Positions 40,994 to 52,687 of a stretch of 64,000 bases of DNA are shown here, piece by piece. Position numbers and translations under genes: made by a program. The notes under the pieces were generated by a model. The model had not been told where the DNA came from. It worked only from the letters and a program-made list of their open reading frames with translations, and searched no databases. How positions within the stretch are numbered: the first letter of the stretch is position 1; the number at the start of each line of letters is the position of its first letter. Source of the stretch: an uncultured delta proteobacterium (lineage in GTDB: Bacteria > Desulfobacterota > Binatia > UBA9968); contig CAVUZH010000016.1 of the NCBI GenBank assembly GCA_963745835.1, positions 416,001-480,000 of the forward strand. The letters are read 5' to 3'.

Positions 40994-42877
40994 ATGAGCG
41001 CCGCCAGCGAGTCTCGCAACAACAGACTCGATCCCCCAGTAAATGGCCGCCCCGATCACACTCTCGGCGATCCCAACGCCCCCATCACCCTCGTAGAATA
41101 CGGCAGCTATAACTGCCCGTCTTGCCGCGCGGCCGACGAAATCATTGCCGACTTGCGCGATCGCTTCGGCGACCGATTGCGCTACGTCTTCCGCCATCGA
41201 CCGATTAGCGGCGACGCGACAGCGCGGCGCGCCGCTGAGCTGGCGCAATATGCCTATGAGACCACCGGCGAGTACTGGCCGGCGCACGCTGCGCTGATGA
41301 AGCGTGGACCGACTCTTCGGTCCGAAGATTTTGATGAAGTGACAGCCGAGCTCGGCCTTCCGCCCACCGATGGTCCGGGCCGAGAGTCGTGGGGCCGTGC
41401 GCAGGCTAGGGTGCAGGAGGACATCGACAGCGTCTGGCGCAGCGGCGCGCGGGTGTCGCCGACGTTTTTTATCAACAATCGCCGCTATGAAGGGCCCTGG
41501 GACGAGAGCGCGCTGACGGAAGCCCTGCTTGGCTCCCTCGGTCACCGGGTGCAGACGGCGGCGCTGGATTTCGCTCGATGGGCGCCATCCACTGGTTTGC
41601 TGCTGCTAACGATGATCATTGCAGCGCTCCTATTGACCAACTCGCCCGCGGGCCCGGCCTTCGAAGCGCTTTGGGAAATGCCGGTTGGATGGATTGCCGG
41701 CGGCGCGGCATTTCAGCTGCCGCTAAGAGACTGGTTCAATGACGGCTTGCTGACGATTTTTTTTCTGGTTGTCGGGCTGGAAATAAAGCGCGAGCTGACG
41801 GTGGGACGTTTGTCAAAAGCCCGGGTAGCCGCGTTTCCGTTGGCGGCCGCCGCCGGCGGCATGCTGCTTCCCGCATCTCTATACCTGCTGGTGGTGCCGT
41901 CGGGTCCGTTGGCCGCGGGATGGGCCATTCCAACGACCACCGATACAGCCTTCGCAATCGCGCTGATTGCGCTGTTAGGCGCGCGCGTGCCGGTGGAGTT
42001 GCGGATTTTCCTCACCGCCGCGGTTGTCGTTGATGATCTCGTCGCAATCGCGATTCTCGCGTTGTTTTACTCCGCCGGCATTAATCTGCAATATACCGCC
42101 GCCTCTATCGCCACGACAGCAGTGATGATCATGTTCAATCGCGGCGGTATCTACGCGCCGCTGCCTTACGCTTTGCTCGGAATCGTTTTGTGGGGCTGCC
42201 TTCACGGTGCCGGTCTGCACCCTACTCTGGCCGGGGTCATCGTTGCCGCCCTGACTCCGACGCGACCGCCCGGAAACCTCCGGGCGTTGATGGCACAGGC
42301 GGAGACGGTGATCGGCCACGAACTGCGCCGCGCTGAAGAAGGGGTTTTGCGGCATGGCCCTTCCGAACCAACATTGCGCGCGCTGGATGCGATTCACGAT
42401 CGGATCGAATCCCCGGCTTCCAAGCTGCTGCGGTCCGTGGAGCCGTGGTCGAGTTATTTTGTGCTGCCGCTGTTTGCTCTCGCAAACTCGGGCCTAGCCT
42501 GGTCCGCCGTGGTTCTGCAAGGACACGAGAGGCTCGTCTCCGCCATCGTGCTCGGACTGGTGCTGGGCAAGCCCATCGGTATGGCGCTCGGCGCCGCGCT
42601 TGCTGTAAGCCTCGGTATCGCCGTAAAGCCGCAGGAGTATTCGTGGGTTCAGATGATCGGCGCCGGGGCGCTTGCCGGGATCGGCTTTACGATGTCGCTC
42701 TACATTGCCCACAAGGCATTTCCCAATGAATCGGATTTCGCCGCCGCAAAGGTTGGAATTTTTCTTGCCTCCTTGATCGCCGGTGGGCTAGGAACTGCGC
42801 TGCTTTGGTGCGCCGCAAAATCGGAGTCGGGCAAGAACGATCGCCTGGCCTCAACGAGCACCGCGCTCGGAAGCTAG
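40994..42877 (+). CDS. nhaA: Na+/H+ antiporter NhaA with N-terminal DsbA/thioredoxin domain
   Basis: [19 protein letters not shown]; then NDGL...[28 protein letters not shown]. Confidence 0.92.
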   Translation: MSAASESRNNRLDPPVNGRPDHTLGDPNAPITLVEYGSYNCPSCRAADEIIADLRDRFGDRLRYVFRHRPISGDATARRAAELAQYAYETTGEYWPAHAALMKRGPTLRSEDFDEVTAELGLPPTDGPGRESWGRAQARVQEDIDSVWRSGARVSPTFFINNRRYEGPWDESALTEALLGSLGHRVQTAALDFARWAPSTGLLLLTMIIAALLLTNSPAGPAFEALWEMPVGWIAGGAAFQLPLRDWFNDGLLTIFFLVVGLEIKRELTVGRLSKARVAAFPLAAAAGGMLLPASLYLLVVPSGPLAAGWAIPTTTDTAFAIALIALLGARVPVELRIFLTAAVVVDDLVAIAILALFYSAGINLQYTAASIATTAVMIMFNRGGIYAPLPYALLGIVLWGCLHGAGLHPTLAGVIVAALTPTRPPGNLRALMAQAETVIGHELRRAEEGVLRHGPSEPTLRALDAIHDRIESPASKLLRSVEPWSSYFVLPLFALANSGLAWSAVVLQGHERLVSAIVLGLVLGKPIGMALGAALAVSLGIAVKPQEYSWVQMIGAGALAGIGFTMSLYIAHKAFPNESDFAAAKVGIFLASLIAGGLGTALLWCAAKSESGKNDRLASTSTALGS

Positions 42878-42911
42878 CGCCAGCGCGACACTGCGCCCCT
42901 GGCAAGCAGCC

Positions 42912-44368
42912 ATGCTCATGGAGACTATCTTCACCATATTGGCCACGGCGCTGGCTCTCTATGCACTGGTTGTGAGCATCCTCGTGATCACCGAGAACCG
43001 CAGGCCGCAATCGACACTGGCATGGATGCTCGTGCTTTTCTTTACTCCAGGAATCGGGCTGCTCATCTATCTTTTTTTCGGCAGAGACAACAAGGCTTTC
43101 AGCAAGCGCAGCAAGTTGCTGATGCAAGATCTCCAGGGCAACGCGCGGCCGCTGTTATCGCCGATTCTGTCCCGTCAGGACCGCGAGCTGGCGCGGCTTT
43201 CGAAAGAGAGTCTTGCCGGTAAAAAGCTGGCAATGCTCGTGCGACGAAACTCTCTTTCGGCGCTGACAACTCGCAACCGTGTCGAGATCCAGCAGGATGC
43301 AGCCAGGTTTTACTCCAGCCTCATCGAAGACTTGAAGGCTGCGCGGCAGTCGATTCATTTGCAATATTTCATCTGGGGCGTAGACCCGTTCACCGAAAGC
43401 GTAAAGCAGATTTTGATCGAGAAGGCGAGCGCCGGCATCGAGGTACGGCTGCTTTATGATCCGCAAGGCTCCCAGGCACATGTGGGCCGGCGCTATGTCA
43501 AAGATATGCGAGCGCACGGCATTCGAATGGCCCCGACATCGCCGCGCTATCATCTGCATACGCTCAGTTATCGAAATCACCGCAAGATAACTGTCATCGA
43601 CGGGGGGTCGGCTATACCGGCGGCATGAATATGGGCCAGGAACACCTCGATGGCGGAGAAGGATTTGACAGCTGGCGTGACACTCAGGTGCGGCTCGTGG
43701 GAGAAAGCATAGCCATTCTACAGGCCGTGTTCATGGTGGACTGGTACAACGCGGTGGGGGAGAATCTCTTCCAAGCCAAGTACTTTCCCACTGACAGCGC
43801 GGAGCCGGTAGAAAGCAACATCCCGGTGCAAATCCTGACCTCGGGTCCGGATTCGCAGTGGGCGGCGATCAGACAGCTTTATGGCCTCATGGTGATCTCG
43901 GCTCGGCAACACGTCTACCTTCAATCACCCTTCTTCCTTCCCGACGCCACCCTCGCCGAAGCTCTTACGGCGGCGGCCTTATCGGGGATGGACGTCAAGG
44001 TAATGGTGAGCGCAAGGCCGTCGGGTAACAGGCTCCCGGACTGGGCAGGGCACACTTTTATCGAGGAGATCGCCACAGCGGGCGTCCGTGTGTTTCTCTA
44101 CGAGAAGGGCTACTTGCATGCGAAGACAGTCAGCATCGACTCGGAAATCTGTTCGATCGGCTCGGCGAACATCGATATCCGCAGCTTCAGCATCAACTAC
44201 GAGCTCAATGCCGTATTCTACAGCGAGCAAGTTGCTAAACAGCTGGAAACTGACTTCGAGCGTGACCTGACTTATTGCAGGGAATTTGACCCCGAGGAAT
44301 ATCGCGAGCGCGGCACCGTGGCGCGCTTCAGAGATTCGGTTGCGCGGCTCCTCTCGCCATTGCTGTAA
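42912..44368 (+). CDS. cls: Cardiolipin synthase; frameshift in a G-run near 43605
   Basis: HKD motifs NHRKITVID and LHAKTVSID; one extra G restores IDGGVGYTGGMN. Confidence 0.92.
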
Positions 44369-44930
44369 TAATCGTAACCGTGGAATCCAGACCGATCCTT
44401 TGTCCGCGCGGATCAATCTCTCGGCGCAATGAAGCAGCTTTACTCTGACCGATGTTCAACGTCCTCAAAAATGCCCCGCCTGTTTTGTTATTTATGGATT
44501 GCGAAGTAACCGCGCTCCGCTACCGACGAGAGTGTCAGCGGTGCCGATAGTCACGGCGGTTTCCGGGACAAACCAGTGATCGGAGATTGATAGAATAGCG
44601 TTTGGTTTAATCGTCTTCTCGCACGCGATGCGGCGCAACCTTCACTAAAACGATTGTTCGTCAACGGCATTCATGCGGTTGCCGTGACCGAGAAAGATCG
44701 CCGGCATTGGGCTCGGTCATACGATCCTGAGGGATTCGATTTAAATGGTCCCGTTTTACGGCAGATCGACGAAGAGAATTCCGCTTTCTTCGAAGATTCG
44801 ATTCTGCAGCCCTTTTATTGCCGATCGCAGCGCTCCTGTCTTCACTAGCGAGCGAAGTTGCTCGTTGCCCTTCTTCGAAATGCGCATGCAGAGCACGAAC
44901 CCCGGAACACTCGCCTGGTTTTCCTGCGCT

Positions 44931-46151
44931 TCACTGCCGGCGGAACTCCTGCCCTGAAGCGTTGTTCACCGGCCTGATTCTCAAAATCCGGCCGTTGCGC
45001 GCATCGGTGAGAAGATAGAGCGAGCCGTCTGATGCCTGGCGCACATCGCGAATGCGCTCTCCTAAATCACCCAGGTAACGTTCTTCTTGCTCGACTTTGC
45101 CGTCTTTTAATATCAGCCGCACCAATCCGCCGGGAGTGAGCGAGCCCACCAGGATGTTACCCTTCCAGGCGGCGAACAGCTCACCCGTGTAAAAGACCAT
45201 CCCCGAGGGCGCGATCACCGGGTCCCAATAGTAGACCGGTTGCTCCATGCCTCCCTTCACTGTACCTTCGCCGATCGGAAGAAAAGAGTAATGACGGCCA
45301 TACGAGATCACCGGCCAACCGTAATTCTTGCCGGCCTCGGGATGATTCAACTCGTCGCCGCCGCGCGCGCCGTGCTCCACGGTCCAGAGCTGTCCGCTCT
45401 CGAGATGGAGCGCGGCGGCTTGCACGTTGCGGTGACCGTACGACCAGATTTCCGGGCGCGCGCCGGCGCGTCCAACAAACGGATTATCCTTCGGCGCCGA
45501 GCCATCCGGGTTGATGCGGACGATCTTGCCTATGGTCGTGGATAAATCCTGCGCGCTGTCGGAATAGTTGAAGCGCTCGCCCAAAGTTACGAACAGAGTG
45601 CCGTCGCGGCGAAACACGATTCGCGACCCGAAGTGATTGGAGCCGCTCACCTTGGGCTGCTGTCGCCAAATCACCTGCGTGTTCTCAAGCCCACGTTCTC
45701 CAAGTCGCCCCCGGGCAACAGCCGTGCCTGCGCCGCCTTCGCCGGACTCGGCGAAAGATAGATAGACGAGCCGATCCTTATCGAATCCCGGACTCAGCGC
45801 CACGTCCAGCAGCCCGCCTTGACCGCTCACATAAACCCGCGGGACTCCTGTGATCGGCTCGGAGACGCGCCCGTCCGAACTCACAACGCGCAAGCGACCT
45901 GGACGTTCGGTAACCAGCATCCGCCCATCCGGGAGGAAAGCGAGACTCCAGGGGTGCTCGAGCCCTTTGGCAATCGTCTGGAAGTCAACAACTCCCTTGA
46001 CCGACTCCGGCGTCGGCGAGCGCGGCGCCTGGGCTTGAACGAGCTGCGGCGCGACGCTCGCCAAGCAGATGATGAACATGGCGCCGACCAACTTTGCCAT
46101 CCGGCCTAACTGAACGGCAGATGGTGGGACTTGTAATTCTTTGTCCGACAT
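44931..46151 (-). CDS. PQQ-dependent sugar dehydrogenase (YliI/Asd-like)
   Basis: LEHPWSLAFLPDG, GQGGLLDV, YGHRNVQ, NYGWP. Confidence 0.93.
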   Translation of the reverse strand: MSDKELQVPPSAVQLGRMAKLVGAMFIICLASVAPQLVQAQAPRSPTPESVKGVVDFQTIAKGLEHPWSLAFLPDGRMLVTERPGRLRVVSSDGRVSEPITGVPRVYVSGQGGLLDVALSPGFDKDRLVYLSFAESGEGGAGTAVARGRLGERGLENTQVIWRQQPKVSGSNHFGSRIVFRRDGTLFVTLGERFNYSDSAQDLSTTIGKIVRINPDGSAPKDNPFVGRAGARPEIWSYGHRNVQAAALHLESGQLWTVEHGARGGDELNHPEAGKNYGWPVISYGRHYSFLPIGEGTVKGGMEQPVYYWDPVIAPSGMVFYTGELFAAWKGNILVGSLTPGGLVRLILKDGKVEQEERYLGDLGERIRDVRQASDGSLYLLTDARNGRILRIRPVNNASGQEFRRQ

Positions 46152-46405
46152 TTCTTCCCTCTTCGATGACGAACCGTCCGATAGACTGTAGTTTCGTTTT
46201 CGTGTAACTGGCGAGTAGCCAATCCCTAAAGCTCGCGTTGACGTCCGGAAAAAATCCTAACTGCTGTAGCGAAGTACTGTTGTATCAAACCTCAGGAACC
46301 GAATGTCAGAGCGCCGCAGGTTGTACCGAATTGTGTCTTCGGGAATTCAGAAACTGCTGGCTACAAAATCGACGGCGAGGAAGGGTGAGGCGCTACTCCT
46401 GCGTA

Positions 46406-46852
46406 CTAGGCGGCCGCTCTTTCCAGCCGCTGAACAATCGCCGCTTTGGGCTGCACGCCAACAATACGGTCCACTTCGCGCCCTCCCCTGAGCACCAGCA
46501 GAGTAGGAATGCTCTGGACGTGGAAGCGCGCCGCGGTCGCCGGATTTTCGTCGACGTTGAGTTTCGCCACCCGCACGCGACTCGCCAGTTCCACGGCCAG
46601 CTCTTCAATCACCGGCGCTACCATCCGGCAGGGTGCGCACCATGGCGCCCACATATCGAGCAGCACCGGCACAGCGGAGCGCTCGACTTCGGCCGCAAAC
46701 GTAACGTCCGTGATCGTCACCGGTTTGGTGTCCGCGGCCAAAGGTGTTTTGCACCGGCCGCATACGGGTCTAAGCCGCTGAGCGATTTTTTCCAGCGGCA
46801 CTCGGTTAGTCGCACCGCAGGAGGGACAACGAATCAATTGCGGATCAGACAT
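46406..46852 (-). CDS. trxC: Thioredoxin 2 with N-terminal zinc finger
   Basis: CPSC...CGRC plus WCAPC. Confidence 0.93.
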   Translation of the reverse strand: MSDPQLIRCPSCGATNRVPLEKIAQRLRPVCGRCKTPLAADTKPVTITDVTFAAEVERSAVPVLLDMWAPWCAPCRMVAPVIEELAVELASRVRVAKLNVDENPATAARFHVQSIPTLLVLRGGREVDRIVGVQPKAAIVQRLERAAA

Positions 46853-47612
46853 AGGTTTGACCTTTCATAACTTGAGTTCTGCTTGCTGCGTGCTCCTCCG
46901 AGGCCGTGCGCCGGATGCGTTCATCGGCAAATATTAACAAAGGCCAAAACTGTCATACACGGCGCTTCATCTGATTGATTTTAGTTTTCAATCGCGCCTG
47001 CGGCTTGAATCACTTCATCTATGTCGAAAGTTCGCCCGGTCTTTGACGGCAATCACAGCTTCGCTACCTACCTTACGATCACGCGAGTCGCCCGGTCCAC
47101 CCCACAAGATTTCGGAGCAGCGGGTGCATATGATCTTTCGTTGCCTCATCCGTGAGGTTCCCCGGCGCATCAAAAAACGCGCGGCAGCGTTGTCACGATC
47201 AGAATCGCATTGGCATTTCGAACACGCTGCTTTAACTCCACTCTGTCCTCATACTTGAGCCTACAACTATGACCGGACCGATCAAGGTGAGTCGCTTGTC
47301 TCAATGCGGCGCAATGAGCGGATCTTAGACGAACGCGATGCCAGTGAGCATTACGGGCGCAGCTCCGTGCGCACAGCAGCCAGGCGGGAGCTAGGGATTA
47401 CTCGCAAACCTGGACCAGCAAAGAAAGAAGCATAATGAGCACGCCACTATCAGAGACATCCGCAAAACTCGTGCGCTGCTGAACCGTCGCGGGCATCATT
47501 CGAGCAAAAGCATAATTATTCTTGTTGTCATGGGATGTGAATGATAGTCGTCAATCATCATTGCATGGATTTTTGCCTGTCGTTAGGCAAACAGTATTGG
47601 TAGGAGGTTTCC

Positions 47613-49697
47613 ATGAGTTCGACGGGGCAGCAGACAAGGCGCGGCGACTCCGGTCCGGCCAGCCGGCTTCAGTCGCCCAACAATAAGCCTGGAGACGCGA
47701 AGAGTGCCGAGAAGTGGAAGATGCCGCCCGGCAGAACCTGGCTCTGGTTCGTAGGCATTTTACTCGCGAACTATTTAGTAATGAGACTTCTGGTTCCGAG
47801 CCCGGAAGCGCCGGTCACGATTCCCTATACTCTGTTCAAAGAGGAGATCGGTAAGGGCAATGTCGAGTCGATCTACAGCCAGGGTGAGTCGATCACCGGC
47901 CGCTTCAAGACTGCGGTCACCTATCCGCCTAAGGAGGAAAAAAGCGAGGCCGCCAGCAATGAAACCAAACAGCCGAGAGAGCGCAGCGTGATTCCCCGCC
48001 CCGCACCGAAAACGGCAACGAACTTCACGACTACACTGCCGGCCTTTGTCGACCCGGGGCTGGAGTCATTCCTGATCGACAACGGGGTCGAGATCAGCGC
48101 TAAACCGATCGATGAAGGCGGCGGCCCGTTATCCACGCTTCTCTTTGGATTTGGCCCGGCCCTGCTCTTTATCGGCTTTTATGTCTGGATGTTCCGGCGC
48201 GCGGCGCAGCAGGGCGGCGGCATGGGCGGGCTGATGGGGATCGGCAGGAGCAAGGCGCGCCGCTATGACCAGGAGAAGGATACCAAGGTTACCTTCAACG
48301 ACGTCGCCGGCATCGACGAAGCCGAAAATGAACTGGTCGAGATCGTCGATTTTCTGAAGGATCCAAAGAAGTACACCCGCCTTGGCGGAACCGCTCCGAA
48401 AGGCGTGTTGCTGATCGGCGCGCCGGGAACGGGAAAGACCCTGCTCGCAAGGGCCGTCGCCGGAGAGGCCGGCGTGCCGTTCTTCTCGATGAGCGCCGCG
48501 GAGTTTGTCGAGATGATCGTCGGAGTGGGCGCCGCGCGAGTGCGCGATTTATTCAAACAGGCGCGCGAGCAGGCCCCTGCCATTGTCTTCATCGACGAAC
48601 TGGACGCCATCGGGCGCGCGCGGGGACAGGTAGCGATCGGCGGATCGAGCGAGCAGGAACAGACCCTCAATCAAATTCTCACTGAAATGGACGGCTTCTC
48701 GAGCCGCGAGGGAATCATCGTGCTGGCCGCAACCAACCAGCCCGACGTGCTCGATAAAGCGCTCCTGCGGCCCGGACGCTTCGACCGGCGCGTCGTGGTC
48801 AATCTCCCTGATAAGAACGGCCGCGAGGCGATCCTCAAAGTCCACACCCGCACCGTACCGCTCGCAAAGGATGCAAGCTTGGAAGAGATTGCCGCTGCGA
48901 CACCGGGGTTCTCCGGCGCGGATCTGAAAAATCTAGTCAATGAGGCGGCGCTGCTGGCGGCACGGCGGGAGCAGAACGATGTCTGTCAGAAAGACTTCCT
49001 CGATGCTCTGGAGAAAATCGTGCTCGGTCCCGAGCGCCCGCTGCTGCTCAGCCGTGCCGACAAAGAACGCATCGCTTACCACGAAGGCGGACACGCCATC
49101 CTCGGTCTGGTGGTGCCTGGCGCCGATCCGGTAAACCGGGTCACGATCGTGCCGCGCGGGCAGGCCCTCGGCGTGACCTATCAGCGGCCGGACAGCGACC
49201 GCTACAATTACCCCGAAGCTTATCTTCGCGCCCGCATCGTCGGCATGCTCGGCGGTCGTGCCGCCGAGGAGATTGTGTACGGCACCAAGACCACTGGCGC
49301 CGAAAGCGACATCGAGCAGGCTACGGGTCTTGCCCGGCGCATGGTGACCCGCTGGGGAATGAGTGACCGCCTTGGATTGGTGCAGCTTGCGCCACGAGAA
49401 AACCCCTATTTGAACGGCTCGGGCGGTTACGCAGGTTCGCGGCCCTTCAGCGAAGAAACCGCTGAAGCCATCGATGCCGAGGTGCGCAAGATTATCGGTG
49501 ACAGCCACGATCAGGCCAAGCGCCTGTTGATGGGACACCGCAAACAACTCGACGCGCTCGTCGAAGCCTTGTTGGCGCGTGAGACTCTCAACGAGCAGGA
49601 AATTCTCGAGATAACCGGGCTTCCGCCGGCGCCGCCGCTGGAGACCCGAATGTTGCCCGCTGATGGAGATGGAAGCGCTCGTCACTCAATCTCATGA
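47613..49697 (+). CDS. ftsH: ATP-dependent zinc metalloprotease FtsH
   Basis: Two TM helices, [26 protein letters not shown]. Confidence 0.96.
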   Translation: MSSTGQQTRRGDSGPASRLQSPNNKPGDAKSAEKWKMPPGRTWLWFVGILLANYLVMRLLVPSPEAPVTIPYTLFKEEIGKGNVESIYSQGESITGRFKTAVTYPPKEEKSEAASNETKQPRERSVIPRPAPKTATNFTTTLPAFVDPGLESFLIDNGVEISAKPIDEGGGPLSTLLFGFGPALLFIGFYVWMFRRAAQQGGGMGGLMGIGRSKARRYDQEKDTKVTFNDVAGIDEAENELVEIVDFLKDPKKYTRLGGTAPKGVLLIGAPGTGKTLLARAVAGEAGVPFFSMSAAEFVEMIVGVGAARVRDLFKQAREQAPAIVFIDELDAIGRARGQVAIGGSSEQEQTLNQILTEMDGFSSREGIIVLAATNQPDVLDKALLRPGRFDRRVVVNLPDKNGREAILKVHTRTVPLAKDASLEEIAAATPGFSGADLKNLVNEAALLAARREQNDVCQKDFLDALEKIVLGPERPLLLSRADKERIAYHEGGHAILGLVVPGADPVNRVTIVPRGQALGVTYQRPDSDRYNYPEAYLRARIVGMLGGRAAEEIVYGTKTTGAESDIEQATGLARRMVTRWGMSDRLGLVQLAPRENPYLNGSGGYAGSRPFSEETAEAIDAEVRKIIGDSHDQAKRLLMGHRKQLDALVEALLARETLNEQEILEITGLPPAPPLETRMLPADGDGSARHSIS

Positions 49698-49759
49698 TCT
49701 CAGCGCGCCGTCGAGATTCCTGTAAAGGAGAGGTCGTAGGGGGCGCTGGCGCTCGGGTG

Positions 49760-49905
49760 GAGAATTAGAAGCACTAATTCCGCAGCTCGAAACAAATGCA
49801 AATAATAAAAATACGAAGATTTCAAACACGCCATCAGCTTTTTTAATTTGATATTTGAATTTTGAAATTGTTTCGGACTTCGATATCCAGATTTCGGATT
49901 TCATT
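49760..49905. repeat. AT-rich, imperfectly palindromic short-period intergenic repeat
   Basis: 'ctcgaaacaaatgcaaat...tttcaaac' followed by 'tttgatatttgaattttgaaattgtttcggacttcgatatccagatttcggatttc'. Confidence 0.5.
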
Positions 49906-49928
49906 TCACGCCAGAGAATAGCGCATGC

Positions 49929-50071
49929 CTAGTACAACTCCGGTCGTCACGCTCTCGCCCGGGATTTCGATCTCCGGTCATGTTGCGTGGCGCTCGGCGC
50001 GATTCCTTCTCGGCGAAATCGTGGGCGAGCTTTTGAACGTCGGCGAGTTCTTCCGGCAACTCAAAGTCCAT
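49929..50071 (-). pseudogene. 5' remnant of a second acyl-CoA dehydrogenase
   Basis: MDFELPEELADVQKLAHDFAEKE..., then frameshift and stop. Confidence 0.7.
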
Positions 50072-51221
50072 GAGAACGCTCCTTATGGATCAGGTTTTTG
50101 GCGATCACTAATTTTTGTATCTCGGAAGATCCTTCGTAAATGCGCAGAGCGCGCACGTCGCGGTAAAGCCGTTCCATGATATGACCGGCCACCACGCCGT
50201 TACCCCCGTGGATCTGCAATGCCTGATCGACGATTCTCTGGGCAGCTTCGGTGGCAAAGAGCTTGGCGATGGATGACTTGAGCGACAGCTCCGGGTCGTG
50301 CATGTCATGGGCCCAGGCGGCTTGGTAGACGAGCAGACGCGCCGCCTCTAAATCTGCCGCCATCTCGGCGATTTTAAATTGAATCCCTTGAAACTCGCTG
50401 ATGGGTCGCCCGAATTGCCGCCGCCGCTGGCTATAGGAGATCGCTTCAGCCAACGCTCTGCGGGCAAAGCCCACGCCAGCGGCGCCGACGGTCGAGCGCA
50501 ATGTATCCAGAGTGCGGTAAGCGATATTGAGCCCATCGCCTTCGCTGCCGAGCCGTTGCTGTTGCGGCACAAAACAACCGTCAAAGGCCAGGACGCCGAT
50601 CGGATGAGGTGAAAGCAATCGGGTTTTTTCCTTGACCGTGACGCCCGGAGTATCAGCCGGCACGATAAACGCGCTGATGCCTTTGGCTTTGGCGCCGGGT
50701 GTGGTTGACGCGAAAACTACGTAAATCTGAGCGATCCCCGCGTTCGAGATAAATCGCTTGACTCCGTGCAAGCGGTAACCGCTGCTGACTCTTTGGGCCT
50801 CGGTGCTAATCGCCGCAGCATCCGATCCCGCTTCGGGTTCGCTCAAGGCGAAGGCAGCAAGGCTCTCCGCGCTCGCTAGAGCCGGCAAGTATTTTTTCTT
50901 TTGTTCTTCCGTGCCGGCGATGACAATAGGGTAGCTGCCGAGAGCCTGAACACCGAACATGACATCGGCTAGAGCTGCATGGGACGCCAATTCCTCACGG
51001 ATGACACACAGATCGCGCGCCTGAACGGTTTTACGCAAACCCCCGTAGGGACGGGGAATCGCGTACGCCATCAAGCCCTCTCGGCCGAGTCGTTGGGCCA
51101 GTTCGCAAGCGTCGCGTTCAAGCGTTTCTGAACTGGGCTCGACATCAAGCGGATTCTTGCGCGTCCAGGAATGGACTTTTTGGCGCAGACTCCGGGATTG
51201 GTCATCGTCTAGAAATTCCAT
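50061..51221 (-). CDS. Acyl-CoA dehydrogenase
   Basis: FALSEPEAGSD, KRFISNA, RRQFG, QIHGG, IYEGSSEIQ. Confidence 0.95.
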   Translation of the reverse strand: MEFLDDDQSRSLRQKVHSWTRKNPLDVEPSSETLERDACELAQRLGREGLMAYAIPRPYGGLRKTVQARDLCVIREELASHAALADVMFGVQALGSYPIVIAGTEEQKKKYLPALASAESLAAFALSEPEAGSDAAAISTEAQRVSSGYRLHGVKRFISNAGIAQIYVVFASTTPGAKAKGISAFIVPADTPGVTVKEKTRLLSPHPIGVLAFDGCFVPQQQRLGSEGDGLNIAYRTLDTLRSTVGAAGVGFARRALAEAISYSQRRRQFGRPISEFQGIQFKIAEMAADLEAARLLVYQAAWAHDMHDPELSLKSSIAKLFATEAAQRIVDQALQIHGGNGVVAGHIMERLYRDVRALRIYEGSSEIQKLVIAKNLIHKERSHGL

Positions 51222-51230
51222 AATAGCTGT

Positions 51231-51667
51231 TTAACCGGGAAGCTCCTTTTGATAGGGCAGCATTTTGTCGTGAACGAAACCCAGTCTGCTGAAAAAATGT
51301 TGCATCTCGTCCTGGCTGTTGCTGACCAGAGTAAAAATCGTCTTGATACCGTGATCTTCAGCCGATTCGGGGAATTGTCCGACGAGTTCCTGGGCGATCC
51401 CTTGGCCGCGATCCGCCGGGTCAACCCCCGATTATTTCAATCCAACGCTATGGCGCCGGGTAATCCGAACTCAAATTCACCGGCCCGCACCCAACACAAG
51501 CCGACGACGCGATTGTCGAAGGCCCAGTGGGGCCGCATGGTCTCGGAGATTTCAATTCTCTTGTCCCGATACGCGGGACGCGCTATTCCGGTCTGGCGCT
51601 CCTCCAAGCTAACGATCGCAGGTAGATCGCGCTTCTCCAGATTTCTGACGTAAATCTCTTTTTTCAT
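51231..51667 (-). pseudogene. GNAT acetyltransferase, frameshifted
   Basis: N-terminus VRNLEKRDLPAI...; after indels near 51425-51445 reads WIEIIGVDPADRGQGIAQEL...FFSRLGF. Confidence 0.7.
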
Positions 51668-51861
51668 ATCGTCCGCTAACCCCTGTTTACGTCGGTGAAA
51701 CTTTTAACTTGGCGCACCGAAGATACTATCTCACCACGAACCATACGAAATTCGGCAGGGTTTCGGACATGAATTTCTCATCCTTGTCCCTTGATGGCCT
51801 CGGCTACCTTAGAGGTAAGGTTTGCTTTCCATTCTTCTTCCAAGCTCGGCCCAGCGCTGGG

Positions 51862-52656
51862 TCAGCTGCGGTTAAATCGTAGCGGACGTTTTTCAGTGAA
51901 CGCATTATAGCCCTCGGCGAAATCCGGTGTTTCCATACACCGCGCCTGCGCCATGGCTTCCATTTCCAGTGCGGTTTCTAAATCCATGTTTGCTTCGTAT
52001 TCGAGCAGTTCCTTGGTGACACCGAGCGCATAGAGCGGCCCATCCTTCAACCGGTTAGCCCATCTGTAGGCTTCGTCCATTAAAGTGTCACCCGGCACGA
52101 CCCGGTTGGCCAAGCCGATGCACTGCGCTTCGTGGGCATCGATGGTGTCGCCGAAGTAGACCAGCTCGGTGGCTTTTCCCAAGCCGACGATTCTCGGCAG
52201 CAAATAGAGCGCGCCCATATCGGCGCCCGATAAACCGACTTTTACGAATAGAAACGCCGCCCGCGCTTTGTCTGAGAAGATGCGCAGATCCGACGCCAGC
52301 ATGAGCATTGCGCCAGCGCCGGCAGCAATGCCGTTGACTGCGGCGATGATCGGCTTTTTCAAGCTGCGCATGTTTTTGACCACATTGCAGGTCATCCGGG
52401 TGAATTTATAAAGCTCGTCGCCTCTCATTTTGAGCAGCGGCCCGATGATATCGTCGACTCGACCGCCGGAACAAAAACCTTTGCCGGTTCCCGTGAGCAC
52501 AACGACCTTCACAGTAGGGTCATGGGCCAATTCCGCCGTGATTTTCTCCAGGTCGGCATAAGTTTGAAAAGTTAGCGCATTGAGCCTTTCCGGATCATTG
52601 AGCCGGATCGTCGCGACACCGTCGTTGTTCTCGAAAATAAAACTGGAATAACTCAT
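51862..52656 (-). CDS. Enoyl-CoA hydratase family protein
   Basis: LNDPERLNALT, FCSGG, AVNGIAAGAG, GLSGADMG. Confidence 0.93.
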   Translation of the reverse strand: MSYSSFIFENNDGVATIRLNDPERLNALTFQTYADLEKITAELAHDPTVKVVVLTGTGKGFCSGGRVDDIIGPLLKMRGDELYKFTRMTCNVVKNMRSLKKPIIAAVNGIAAGAGAMLMLASDLRIFSDKARAAFLFVKVGLSGADMGALYLLPRIVGLGKATELVYFGDTIDAHEAQCIGLANRVVPGDTLMDEAYRWANRLKDGPLYALGVTKELLEYEANMDLETALEMEAMAQARCMETPDFAEGYNAFTEKRPLRFNRS

Positions 52657-52687
52657 CCAAGGATCTCCTTGCCGTTGTCGTTTCTGT

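Noticed and set aside
43600-43610. Phase-variable poly-G tract in cls
   Set aside because: Only six Gs, and other unrelated genes show similar single indels; sequencing error is simpler.
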